DNA from: Elsinoe ampelina
Lineage: Eukaryota
Assembly (NCBI GenBank): GCA_010093995.1
Contig: ML992503.1
Coordinates: 2,124,919 to 2,188,918 of the forward strand
DNA: 64,000 nt
Direction: 5' to 3'
The translations under genes were made by a program, and so were the position numbers. Position 1 is the first letter of the stretch. Each line of letters begins with the position of its first letter. Below are positions 12,315-23,954 of the stretch, piece by piece. The notes beneath the pieces were generated by a model that saw only the letters and a list, made by a program, of their open reading frames with translations, did no database searches and was not told the origin of the DNA.

Positions 12315-13274
12315 ATGCCCCGCGACCTGCAAGAGGACAAGGACGACGTGTGGCGCAACATTGCCAATCTGGAAAAGTCATCCGACGAGACCGAGACGAC
12401 ATACGAACAAGCTCAACCAGGCGACATGGGTTTCATCGTAGGCGGCGGCTCACAATCGCACCAGGACCTTTCACCCGCCTCGCGCAGCAGCGAGGTCAAA
12501 CCCTACGTCCAAGCCCTCACCTTCCTCGACCTTGACTCCTGCGTGAAACTCGAAGAAGTCACCTTTCCTCCAGAAGAACGCTGCAGCAGAGAAAAGGTCC
12601 CATGCCTCATCCCCTCCTCCATTTCCCCCCCACTAACACCCCTCCCACAGTTCCAATACCGCTTCTCCAAATGCTCCGAGCTCTCCCTCGGCCTTTTCAC
12701 CAGCGCCGACACTACCATCGCCACCGCCACCACCAGCCAACCCACGCTCGCCAACCCCGGCAGCGCCACCACAGCCTCCACTGCCGTGCCAGTCTACTCG
12801 GGCACGCCCGAGCGCAAATCAATCCTGCTAGGCCACATCATCGCCACCAAAACCACCAACCCCCTCGTGCGGGACGAGGACATGGCGCTGCCCCCGAACT
12901 GGCGGGCCGAGCACCAGCGCGGCATCGACTCCCCTTCGACCGTCACGCCGGCTGGGACGCCCCGTATCGGCGCCTCGGGGGACGGACCCGGCGCTACTCC
13001 ACCAGGCCACAAGGAGGACGGACGCACGATCTGCATCCATTCTTTGGCTGTGCTGCCGGAGTTCCAAGGCAGAGGGCTGGGGAAATTGTTGTTGAGGAGC
13101 TACATTCAGCGCATGGAGGGGAGCGGGGTCGCGGATCGGGTGGCGATCATCGCGCATGAGAAGCTGGTGCCGTGGTATGAAGGGATGGGGTTTGAGAGCA
13201 AAGGGCAGAGTCCCGTGGAGTTTGCGGGGGGGAAGTGGGTTGATTTGTCGTTGGATCTCAAGAAGGAGGAGTGA
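12315..13274 (+). CDS. GNAT-family N-acetyltransferase (Paa1/aralkylamine acetyltransferase-like); in-frame intron 12597-12650
   Basis: FPPEERCS motif, LLGHIIAT, and acetyl-CoA motif ICIHSLAVLPEFQGRGLG. Confidence 0.85.
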   Translation: MPRDLQEDKDDVWRNIANLEKSSDETETTYEQAQPGDMGFIVGGGSQSHQDLSPASRSSEVKPYVQALTFLDLDSCVKLEEVTFPPEERCSREKVPCLIPSSISPPLTPLPQFQYRFSKCSELSLGLFTSADTTIATATTSQPTLANPGSATTASTAVPVYSGTPERKSILLGHIIATKTTNPLVRDEDMALPPNWRAEHQRGIDSPSTVTPAGTPRIGASGDGPGATPPGHKEDGRTICIHSLAVLPEFQGRGLGKLLLRSYIQRMEGSGVADRVAIIAHEKLVPWYEGMGFESKGQSPVEFAGGKWVDLSLDLKKEE

Positions 13275-13512
13275 GAAACCTATTCTGCGATGGGATGCAT
13301 GCCTGGACATTCTCATTGGGAGAAGGGTCAGGTAGGAGTCAGTGCCACTATGAATTCAGCTATCCAGCATGAATGTCACCATCACAATGGGAAGCAAGCA
13401 AGTGATTGTTTGTTTCTAAGGTGCATTAAAAATTACGTATACTTTTCTCCAACTCCTCTTCCTCTCAACCTTCTATCCCCTTTGAAACCTTGCAATTTCT
13501 CTATCCTTTGAT

Positions 13513-14016
13513 CTAGAGAGCAACAAGACCCACCAGCGCGAAGAAACCCATCCACTGGCCCGCCTTGAGCGCGTCCGCACCACCAGTGTACGGCTTGGGG
13601 GTGGTACCAGCGTAGCCAGTTCCGTTGGTAGGGGCAGTAACGCCGCCAGTGGCAGCGACAACAACGGGGGAGACGACCGACTTGGTGGCTGGGAGGGTGG
13701 ACGCCGAGGCCGCGGAGGCGGATGATGCAGGGGCGGAGGATGAGGCGGCACCGGCGGCGACGACGCCGGCGGCGGAGCAGATGTCCTTGCTGACCGAGAG
13801 GGTCTTGGCTTGGTCTGCCGCGGAGCAGCCGCTGGATACGCAGGTGGTGAGGGCGGTGGCGTAGGCCGTGTCCTTGCACAGGCAGGCTGTGTCGGTGATG
13901 GCGCACGAGGAGCCCTTGATGGCGGTCAGGGCGCAGGTGGTGGCGCAGGTGGGGAGGTCGGCGACGGTGGCGGCGGCGGCGACGGAGGCCAGAGCAGCGA
14001 CGGCAGTGAACTTCAT
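13513..14016 (-). CDS. CFEM-domain GPI-anchored cell-surface protein
   Basis: Signal peptide, 8-Cys CFEM pattern (PTCATTC...C...DTACLC...CVSSGC...C), Ser/Ala/Thr linker and hydrophobic C-terminal GPI signal. Confidence 0.9.
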   Translation of the reverse strand: MKFTAVAALASVAAAATVADLPTCATTCALTAIKGSSCAITDTACLCKDTAYATALTTCVSSGCSAADQAKTLSVSKDICSAAGVVAAGAASSSAPASSASAASASTLPATKSVVSPVVVAATGGVTAPTNGTGYAGTTPKPYTGGADALKAGQWMGFFALVGLVAL

Positions 14017-15731
14017 TGTGATTGGATTTGAGGGGGTGGGGATTGGTGATGCGGTGCGGAGTGCTAGTTGGATTGGTAACGAGTGACTTTTGGGTAGTGA
14101 GTGTGGAGTTGGGATGATGGAAGAAGGATCAGAGAGAAGAGATTGGACGGCTGATATAGATAGATCGACTTGCGGTTGGCCATCAAATTACCTTCAATGA
14201 AAAGACGTTGTCGTCACGGAAATCTCGCAGCTCCAGCGATAAATTTACCCCGGGGATTGAAGGCTGTTGAGGGTGCAACTGACGTTGATGCCAGTGTGTG
14301 AAGATGAGCCGCTGGGCAACCAAGGCGTTGATGGGTCGCCCATCAGTCTCTGACAGGGAGGAATTGTCGGGTTTGAGAGTGGCCGTTATACTGGTCTGCG
14401 GGTGTTTTGGCCACCGTTGAGTATTGGCTCATCACTTGAAGAGATTTCTGCTACACCAGCCACCTCGTCCATCTCTCGGTGAGTCATGGGTTCAATAGTC
14501 CGGATGATGATGCGCAACCATCAAGACAATCTCGCCGTAATCCGGGTGTGCTGGGCGAGTGCGTCAGACTCGGGCGTCACTAATGTCTATACCATCGAGG
14601 CACGGACACCAGACCCTGAGACGCTGTCGGACCTTCATCTGCGAGTAGCTTGGCGGTCGCAACGGTCGTCTGTTCGACGTGTGGCACGAGCAATGAAATT
14701 ACCATCTTCCATGGACCGTCAGGGGGATACTCGCAGCGCTGCGTGCCTGGCAAGCCGCGCCTGGGGAGATGGGCCGAACGCAATGGTATGATTAGTCTTT
14801 GCCGAAGACGGCAGGTCAGCTCTTCTAGACCTTATCGGGACTTCCCACCCATCGATAATGAAAGTCTATAGGCGATGAACTGAACCATGGCAGATGAAGG
14901 AGGGCTCTCGAAGAAATGAGCATGTCAAGTCGGTCCATCAATAGACTCTGGCCCTCCACAATGATCGACGCGGATGAGGCGGGGAAAGTTGCATGACCTC
15001 TTCCCTTCATCTGCAGGTCACGGTCAGCGGCTCAGGGGCATGTGCGGATGACAGACGGACAGAATGTGAGGTGGTGCCAGAGGGTTTGAAAGGAGAAGAC
15101 TTGTTTTCGGCACATCTTGGCTCGCTGAACAAGCAAGTCTGGATTCTTGGCCTGAACGACGACCACCCTTCTACACTACCACACCTTTTCATCGTAATAC
15201 CGTCACGTCAAGCTCCAAAGCAGCAGCTTTTCTCCATCTTTAGCAGCTAAGCTCTGTTGCGCTATTCCAGGGAATCTGCGCGTGCCTGGCGTGTGCCAGA
15301 CAGCTACACCTGGCCGAAGGATCTGCCATACGACCTCGGCGACTGACACATTCTTCTACCTCTGGTCCGTGGAGCATCAAGACCAGAGACCCTTTTGAAA
15401 TGAATAGATGAAATATCGCGGGGATTGGACTGGACGATCATGAGCTGAAGGTCACGCTCTCATCTCTCATGTTTCCCATCAGCCAATCATCTCATACCAC
15501 CTACGGCTCTTGACTTCCGAACTTGCCTTCTCCGCAGTCAAGCTAAGTACAAGCTTGCTGCTAGAATGTCAAGCACGGCTTCTAGTCGACATAGTTACAT
15601 GCACCATTTCCAGTCGTGGACAATGCATCGTGATCTCTGGACGTGGCCATACCGTCAAATGACCATGCTCCACTGCAGACCGGACAACTTGAAATACCAT
15701 AAAGTGCCCTCACTCGTCAAGGTAGGTCATC

Positions 15732-18222
15732 ATGCCACAGGCATATCTTACAATGCTCGCAGCTCTTCTTCTCTCATTCTTGTTCGAGCTACCCGCTCTG
15801 GTAGTTGGCCAGTCTACATTCTCACCGACTCGACCTCCAGCTATTCCTCTCGCCGTCAAGTCCCCATATCTGTCATGCTGGCAGCTAGCTGGTAGTGACA
15901 GTGGTAACGGAGGATACCTAGCAGGTCAATGGTCAACCTTCTGGAAGTAGGTCCAACACTCCGGCCACCACGCATGTGCTTCACTGATCATTGCAGTGGC
16001 CAGATTGTCGCTTGGACTGGTCTCATCCGTGTTGACGGCGTCACGTATATATGGATGGGCAATCCGGCGGGCAACTTGACCCTTGCCACTCAAACTTCTT
16101 TCGAATACACGTCGACTAGATCCATCTTCGAACAGACCGTCAATGACCAAGTCTCCGTCAAGGCTACATTCCTTAGCCCTGTGACGCCCAGCGACTACAT
16201 GAGGAGCTCACTCATCTCCTCCTACTTGCAGGTCGAAGTAGCTTCGATGGACGGACAAGAGCATGATATCCAACTTTATACCGACATCTCCGCAGGTAAA
16301 TCATGGAGAGTAAGACATAGTGACACGACTGACAATGTCAAGAGTGGATATCTGGCGACAGGTCCGCGATCGCCCAGTGGGAATACGATGTTGCCCAGAT
16401 TGGCTCTTCACCTTCGCAGAGCTCTGTTGCTAGTGGACAGTACACTGAGCCGGCCGATATCCAGTCTTTAGGCACCAAAACTAGCTACGAAGGTTGGAGA
16501 GCTGCTGTCGCACACGCCACTGATGCTGCACGCTTCAAGCCGGGGTATAGACAACCCCAAGAAGCCACTACCACTGTCTCTACCAGTGACAGCACTTCGG
16601 CGAGTGACACGGCCACTTCTATCCCCACTACATCTGCTGCTGCGGGCATTGCCTATCACAAGGTATTCCGTCAGACTCAGCTTGCCTTCTCCGAGGTCAA
16701 CGACCAGACCGAGTATGGTGACTGGTACTACATGACAGCAAACACGGACAGCTTGACACATCAACAAGACTCGGATGTCGTAGTCCGCGGGCAGTTTCAG
16801 TCAACCGGTGTCCTGACAAACGTCGACGACACTAATTTTAGAGCTATCAACGATGCCTTTCCAGTATTTGGGTTCGCGATCGATCTCGGAATTGTCGGGT
16901 CCACACCAGCATCATCGCTCTTCACCATCAACCTGAACCAGCAAGATGTCATTGTATTCGAGGGCGCCAACGGGAACGAGACCTTGCCGAGTCTTCGTAA
17001 TAGCTACTTTGCTTCAGATCTAGACGCAAACACTTTCTTCTACAATGAGTACAGCACTGCTCAGACCACGGCGGATGAACTTGACAACAAGATCCAGAGC
17101 GCGTCCACTGCTGCAGCTGGTGACAACTACTCGATCATAACCACGCTCGCCACTCGTCAAGCATACGGTGCACTTCAGCTCGCTGGCACGACCGATCAGA
17201 CTCTGCTCTTCATGAAGGAGATCTCCAGCGATGGTAACGTCAACACGGCCGATGTGATCTACCCTTGGCACCCCATCGCCCTCTATACCAACCCCGAGCT
17301 CCTCAAATTCGTCCTCGAACCACTTTTCATCAACCAAGAAGCCGGTCGCTGGCCCTTTGCCTTTGCCATCCACGACATCGGCTCCCGCTACCCCAACGCC
17401 ACCGGCCACAGCGACGGTAACGCCGAACAACAACCCCTCGAAGAATGCGGCAACATGAGTAAGCCTTTCCCCTCTCCTCCCACCACCCCTCCCCTAACAT
17501 CCCCAGTCATAATGTCCCTCGCCTACGCGCTCACCTCCAACGACACCGCCTGGCTCACCTCCCACTACCCCATCCTCACACAATGGGCCACCTTCCTGAT
17601 CGACGAAGCGCTCATCCCCGCCGACCAAATCTCCACCGACGACTTCGCCGGCTCCCTCGCCAACCAAACCAACCTAGCCCTCAAAGGCATCATCGGCATC
17701 GCAGCCATGGCCACCATCGCCGACCTCACCTCCCACCCGTCCGACAGCGCAAACTACACCTCCATCGCGACCGGCTACATCGCGCAGTGGGAGCAGCTCT
17801 CGGCATCCAACACCACCCCTCCCCACACAACCCTGTCCTACGGCGCCACGGACTCCTGGGGCTTGCTGTACAACCTGTACGCCTCGCGGCTCCTCAAGCA
17901 GCGTCTCGTCCCGCAACGCGTCTTCGACCGGCAGTCTGCGTTTTACCCCGCCGTGGCGCTGGAGTATGGCGTGCCGCTGGACACGAGGCACACGTACACG
18001 AAGCTGGACTGGGAGGTTTTCGTGGCGGCCGTGGCGGGGACGGAGACGAGGGATTTGATACTGGGCAAGGTGGCGGAGTGGGTGGGGGCGACGGTCACGG
18101 GGTATGCGCTGGGGGATTTGTATGAGGCTGGGAGTGGGGATTATCCGGGTGGGATTACGTTTATTAATAGGCCGGTGGTGGGGGGGAGTTTTGCGCTGTT
18201 GGCTTTGGGGGATTCGGGATGA
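15732..18222 (+). CDS. gtaA: Secreted glutaminase A (GtaA family); introns 15947-15996, 16296-16342, 17459-17506
   Basis: Motifs RPPAIPLAVKSPYLS, GLIRVDG, FMKEISSDGN, HDIG..YPNATGH, PLEECGNM, STDDFAG.LANQTNLALKGIIG and RPVVGG. All three introns restore the frame. Confidence 0.9.
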
Positions 18223-18637
18223 GGAAGAGATGTGGTGGCGGGATAGGGAGAGGATGGAGGGAAGTGGTGGTTGTACTTAGCTTGTAATGTCTGATATGGA
18301 ATGATGATCCGGGTCGTATGAGTTTCAACCGGCATGATGGTGGCAGCGTGAGACACGAAGCAGAAGAGCAGGGTGTCATCTGGGCTAGCGACAGATTCTC
18401 ACCCCATAGATAGGATGAAGCATTCCTACCACAATGTGACAGCATAACGCACCCACGATCACTGATGGAAGAAAAAAAATTGGCAATCAAGCCCGCCTCA
18501 TGCTTTCGCACAAAGACAAGCGACACCTTGGTATGACAATCCGGTATATTCCTCTGCAAAACCTAGCTATTTCATGCCGGCCAGGCCGCAGAATGACCGA
18601 TACGCCATATCATGAGCCCTCCCCTCGTCATGTCTTC

Positions 18638-19211
18638 TTACGACCTTGGTGGCCTGTCCCCGAACCTCCTCGGCCTATCAACGACCTGCTGCTGCTGCAC
18701 CGCAACGACGTTGACGGGGATGCTATCGAAACCCATGCTCTTCAACAAATCCTTGGTCTCCTGGTCGACGTCCAACAAACCGCTCTCGCTGTTCTGGGAG
18801 AAGTCGAGGGCCGAGATCTCGGGGACGTATTGATCCTTGCGCTCGCGCTCTTCTTCTTGGAGCTTGAAGGAGATACCGCGCACGGGGCCGCGCTGGATAC
18901 GCTTCATCAAGTGGGTGGTGAAGCCGGCAATCTGAGAGAGGTGTTAGTGAGTAAGAGATTGATGGTAGTGGGACAGGCGTGCCTTGTTGCGCAGGCGCTT
19001 CGAGGCAATGATGGCGATCTCATCACAGATGCGCTTGTTGGTCTCGAAGTCGAGGGTGAGCTTGGGATAGTAGCGCTCAATGATGACCTTTGCGGACTTT
19101 TTCACGGTCTGGGAGGGGATTAGAAATTTTCGATGGTTGGAGGCGCCATTGCTATGCGTGGTGTCGCTATGGCTGCTGATGATGACGGACCTTGGTGCGG
19201 ACGCGACCCAT
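18638..19211 (-). CDS. RPS17: 40S ribosomal protein S17 (eS17); introns 19109-19190 and 18932-18982 (GC-AG)
   Basis: Spliced protein [87 protein letters not shown]. Confidence 0.97.
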
Positions 19212-19471
19212 GTTTGCGGTTGTGTGATGAAGAGACCGTAGGTGTGGTTGTCGTTGGCTGTCGTCGTGAAGCTGGAGATTTTGGTGCGAGGTGGCAGAGG
19301 AATTCTCGCTAAACGGATAATCTTCGGAACTCGACCGACTAGCCAACCTTGTCCGGTAATCCCAGAGCCGCATTTCACGTTTGGCAGCGAAAAGACGAAC
19401 ATGTGCTTGAAGCTTGCTGATGAAGTGTGATTTTTGTCTATTTGTACACGAGTCTATGCAACAGTCGAATA

Positions 19472-21148
19472 TCACGATTGTCCAGTAGTTGCCCGACTGT
19501 TCAGAATGTTCATAATCGACGAACCCAATCTCCCATTAGGGTCGCCTTTTGCCTGTTTCACGGCATCCTTCAAGTTCTTCAATTCTTCCCCCTCCAATGG
19601 CTGTGCTCGCGGCAGGGTCCTGGTGTCTGGCAGAGCGCTACCATAGTTTGCGTTTTGAGCGGTCCCTGCGGGCGCTGTATTGCGCTGATCGGCTGCACTG
19701 AGGACAGGGGTGTTCCTAAGCCGCTCGACAATCGCATCATCGTTATCAAAGTGCACTTTCCTCGGATCAGGACCACCAGTCTTGACGGCAATTGCTTCCT
19801 TCTCCGGATACACAATGTCGATCCGAATGCGGCTGTTGTCATCGACGTGTGCCTCAGATGGCGTGACCCATAATTTATTGCCTCCGGGCGTGTCGAAGTT
19901 CCACGTCATCCCTTTTTGAGGGTTGCTGTCTTCATCACCCGACCTATAACTTCTTCCTGTGACATAGTCCTTGGTGACGAACCCACCGACGCCGATGACC
20001 GAGTGCTCTACAGGACCCTGGGGGGCCCTTCTTGGTCGAAGCACGCGAGCTTCCAAGGGAGCGTGTTGGAACTGCGGCCCATGAACTGGTGAATTCTCCA
20101 TGAAGGATCTTGAACGGATATAGGACAACCCGCCTGAAGGATGTGTAGAAGGTGGTGTTTCTGAAGATTTCCTGATCCCAGTGGAGAATCCAGTGATGCC
20201 ATGAGGCGCACTTGGGGACGCTTTGGGAAGAGGTGGCAAGTCGAAGAATTCTTGAATAAGGGTTGGCAAGGTCGAAGAGAGGTCCGTGTTGTTGCTGCGG
20301 AGTTCAAGTATGTATCTTTCGAGGCCTTGATCCTCTTCCTGATCAATACGGCACATCTCATCCAATCGTGCCACATCGTCTGGGTTCTCTGGGTCAAATC
20401 CAGCTTCGTCTCGCATTTGCTCCACGGCTTGCAATCTTTTCTTGTCTGCCCGGTTCTTTCGCAGGAATTTCTTGAATTCGTCTCGTATCCGAGGCTTGGA
20501 CACTACCTCTACCAAGTACTTTTCAAAATCAATTTCGGACATCATGGGAAGCCAAGGCCCGTCCGTCTTCCATCTCTCGGGCTTTTCTCCGCGTTGTTGG
20601 AGTATGCTGTTTATCGATCGGATTCGCAATGTACGCTCCATGCCAAGAGGAAGCCTGTTGATATTGTCACTGGCGTCTGCACTATTTGTTGAGGGTCTCG
20701 TTGGCTCTTGCAAGGCAGTGTGATCGAGGGTATCATCGAAAGCCGAGATCGAGGAGTTGAAGTTGTTAGTCCTCTTCCTATTGGCTCGAGTCATCCACAG
20801 ATTCAATTCTTGGGCCTTCCTAAGCGTGAGCGTATGGTCGGAGGCCGAGTCAAAGTCCGTGATGTGTTCGAGCGTATCCATGGCATTGATGCGAACATGA
20901 GGCGTGGAGGTGTTATTCGTCCTTTCAGGAAGCGGACGCTTGAGACCCCAATCACCTCGATGTCGACTAGAAGCTGGAGCTGATATGGCCTGCTTTGTCG
21001 GGTATGGTAGAGTTGCTGTGTCGGACGTTCTGATGTTACCTGATGTCGTCGGCAAATCGACCGAGGGTTGTGGTAAGGGAGGGGGAAGCGAGAAGAACCT
21101 CGACGAGCGCAAGATGCGCGCCGCCGGTGAGTTCAGAGCCTTTGACAT
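19472..21148 (-). CDS. MRP51: Mitochondrial small-subunit ribosomal protein Mrp51 (bS1m)-like
   Basis: Presequence plus motifs LPYPT.QAI..P.SSRHRGDWGLKRPLP, THPSGGLSY and VGGFV. Confidence 0.8.
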   Translation of the reverse strand: MSKALNSPAARILRSSRFFSLPPPLPQPSVDLPTTSGNIRTSDTATLPYPTKQAISAPASSRHRGDWGLKRPLPERTNNTSTPHVRINAMDTLEHITDFDSASDHTLTLRKAQELNLWMTRANRKRTNNFNSSISAFDDTLDHTALQEPTRPSTNSADASDNINRLPLGMERTLRIRSINSILQQRGEKPERWKTDGPWLPMMSEIDFEKYLVEVVSKPRIRDEFKKFLRKNRADKKRLQAVEQMRDEAGFDPENPDDVARLDEMCRIDQEEDQGLERYILELRSNNTDLSSTLPTLIQEFFDLPPLPKASPSAPHGITGFSTGIRKSSETPPSTHPSGGLSYIRSRSFMENSPVHGPQFQHAPLEARVLRPRRAPQGPVEHSVIGVGGFVTKDYVTGRSYRSGDEDSNPQKGMTWNFDTPGGNKLWVTPSEAHVDDNSRIRIDIVYPEKEAIAVKTGGPDPRKVHFDNDDAIVERLRNTPVLSAADQRNTAPAGTAQNANYGSALPDTRTLPRAQPLEGEELKNLKDAVKQAKGDPNGRLGSSIMNILNSRATTGQS

Positions 21149-21602
21149 TATCGAGGCGGATCCAGCTGTTGCTGGGAATGCTATAGTGACATGATGTTAC
21201 AGAATGTGTATCGCTCAAAAGTGAATTGAAGCTCTTGGTCCGCAGCTCAGGACTTTTCCGCGAATGCCAAGGCCGCCGGAGCTTTGAGCAATGTCCGCGA
21301 GTCATGCTCCCCTCCCCGTCTCGCCAATCCTATGTTCCCGTGACATTGTGAAAGGAGCATGTTATAAATCATACTAGAGATGACCTTATAGTATCATGAC
21401 ATACGCCATGTGACCTTTCCTTTTGTTTGCAGGTCATGTATCAGACCAGAGCAGATCAGATGCTTCGTGATTGGCCCGAGAAGATTCGGCGCGCACGGAT
21501 CATCCAAAAGTTGTCGAGCATCGTCATGTCAAATAAAAATGTACCTCCAACTCAATTATCCCTTGACAGAAACACCAGAGACTGGCCTCGTACAATACAA
21601 TC

Positions 21603-23293
21603 ATGAGTCTTGTGACTCCGTCAATCCTCTGCAGGTTCAGCGCCCCTGCGAGAGCACTGGCCGCATCGAAACAATGTCCCCGGTACTCCGATCTGAGCAA
21701 AGATACACCACGAGAAAGACGGGCAGGACTCTCGACAGCCCATGGGCCTTTGAGGCCTCATAATCAACGATCGCAATCTAGTAGAGTGACACAGTCCCAA
21801 TGTAGGGTATGTGAACCGAGCTGTCGCAAGACACATAGCATCTCACTAATGCTGAACAGAAGTTCCACTCGAGTAGCCCCAGGCTCGCCATCAAAGATCC
21901 CTATGCAGCCCTTGGCATCAGCAAAGGTGCTTCATCCTCGGAGATTAAAAAGGCTTACTATAGTCTTGCCAAAAAATACCATCCAGATACCAACAAGGAA
22001 GCATCGGCAAAGGAGAAATTTGCGGCAGCCCAATCCGCGTACGAGATTCTGTCCGACCCGAAGAAGAAGGAAGCCTTTGATTCATATGGATCTGCAGCAT
22101 TTGATCAAAGTGGAGGCTTCAATCCTGGCGCAGGAGGAGATCCTTTCGGAGGAGCGGGCGGATTCAGAGGCGGGTTCGGAGGCGGGTTCGGAGGTGCTCA
22201 AGGATTCCCAGGTGGCGATTTCAACTTCGAGGATTTGTTCGGCGCATTTGCTGGACGATCGGGTCGAGGTCGCGGCCAACGGGGCGGAGGCTTTGCGGAA
22301 GAGATTCTGGTTGGCGAGAACATCGAGGTGCAGTCAAACATTTCTTTCATGGACGCTGCCAAAGGCGTCCGCAAAGACATCCATATTACCCCTCTTGTGC
22401 AATGTAAGACTTGCACAGGCAGCGGAATGAAGAAGGGAGCATCAAAATCGGCCTGCACATCTTGCGATGGTACAGGAACGCGGGTGCACTTTATGCAAGG
22501 AGGATTTCAGATGGCGAGCACGTGTGGGACTTGCGGTGGGCAAGGTACTGTGACACCACGAGGAAGTGAATGTAGCACTTGCAAGGGCGATGGAGCTGTC
22601 AGGGAGCGAAGAACAGTGACTGTGGACATTCCTGGAGGTGTTGAAGATGGCATGCGATTGAGGGTAGCTGGAGAGGGAGATGCAGCTCCAACTGGTCAAG
22701 CAGCCACGCGTGCTCGCTCACAGAGCGGCGACCTGTATGTCTTCATTCGAGTCGCGCCAGATTCGAAATTCAGCAGGGCGGGCTCGGATATTCTATACAC
22801 AGCATCGATTCCTCTGACGACTGCGATACTTGGAGGAGAGATTACAGTACCAACTCTTGACAAGGATGTACGCGTCCGAGTCGGCACGGGCACCAACACT
22901 GGTGATCGAGTTACACTCTCTGGAATGGGTATGAAGAAGCTGAGCAGTCGGAGGGGTGGACAAGGCGACCTTAGGGTGGAGTTCAAGGTCCAGATGCCAA
23001 AGTACCTCAGCACCAACCAGCGTACGATTGTCGAAATGCTGGCGGACGAGATGGGCGACAAATCGGCCAAGCGCATCATGAATGTCGGCAAGCCACCTGT
23101 ATCGTCGACGACGGGAGATAGTGCAAATGCCAGCGAAGCAGACAAGCACAAGAATGAGGGATTTCTCAAATCGGCGTGGCACCGACTGACGCACCAACAC
23201 AATCACCTCGACGAGCAGCCGAAGCAGACATCACAAGAGAGCCAGACCGATCAAGACGAAGAGCAAAAGAAGAAAGCTTCTGGATCGAACTGA
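21603..23293 (+). CDS. MDJ1: Mitochondrial type I DnaJ co-chaperone; intron 21807-21859
   Basis: Presequence, J domain with KKYHPD, G/F-rich region, four CxxCxGxG repeats and C-terminal DnaJ domain. Confidence 0.93.
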
Positions 23294-23954
23294 CTTTTGC
23301 GAGCGTCGATCGGAATTTACGCATGTTTTGTAATATATCACTTACCGATTTACGGCTGATAGTGGCATTGCGATTGGAGTTTAAGAAGGCATCAGCAGGG
23401 CGGCTGGGATAGCCAGTGTACATACCCACGCAGGATAAGAGATGGAGGCACTCTCAGCTCTAGAATTTGTATAGACGAGACCGAAAAGAGTCAATCAATT
23501 TACAGCGCTTAGCAGGCCTTATGTCGAGTCGATAATTGATTATGATTGGCTGAAGCTGAGTAGGCGGAGCGGTGATGGTTTGCGGAGCTTCCCTTTGGCT
23601 TTGGCTGGCACTGGCTTTCCTGACATGCACGTCACCTCCCAATGCTTCTGCCTCGCCCGTCAGCTCGTGTATTGACAAGGTCACCAAACCCTTAATCGAA
23701 TAGCTCTTCTTCACCTCGCTGCTTCGGATCCGACAACACCGGAGCAGGAGCCCTCACAGCCCAACACCTGGAGACTACCGGCCGTTTCAGAGACCGCCCT
23801 CGAGAGCCATGCCTGAAGAGGTCGACCGACGATAGCACGGCATACGCGCCCAGTGTGATCCATCTCGACCCTGGCTCGTGGTCGCCTGTCTATATACCTT
23901 CGTACGCCACGAGAGTCACCCCTCACCGGTCCGCGTCTCTTCGTCGTCGCCAAC

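Noticed and set aside
14100..15700. 1.6-kb divergent region between CFEM and gtaA
   Set aside because: Only short unrecognisable ORFs, most likely promoter/UTR sequence.
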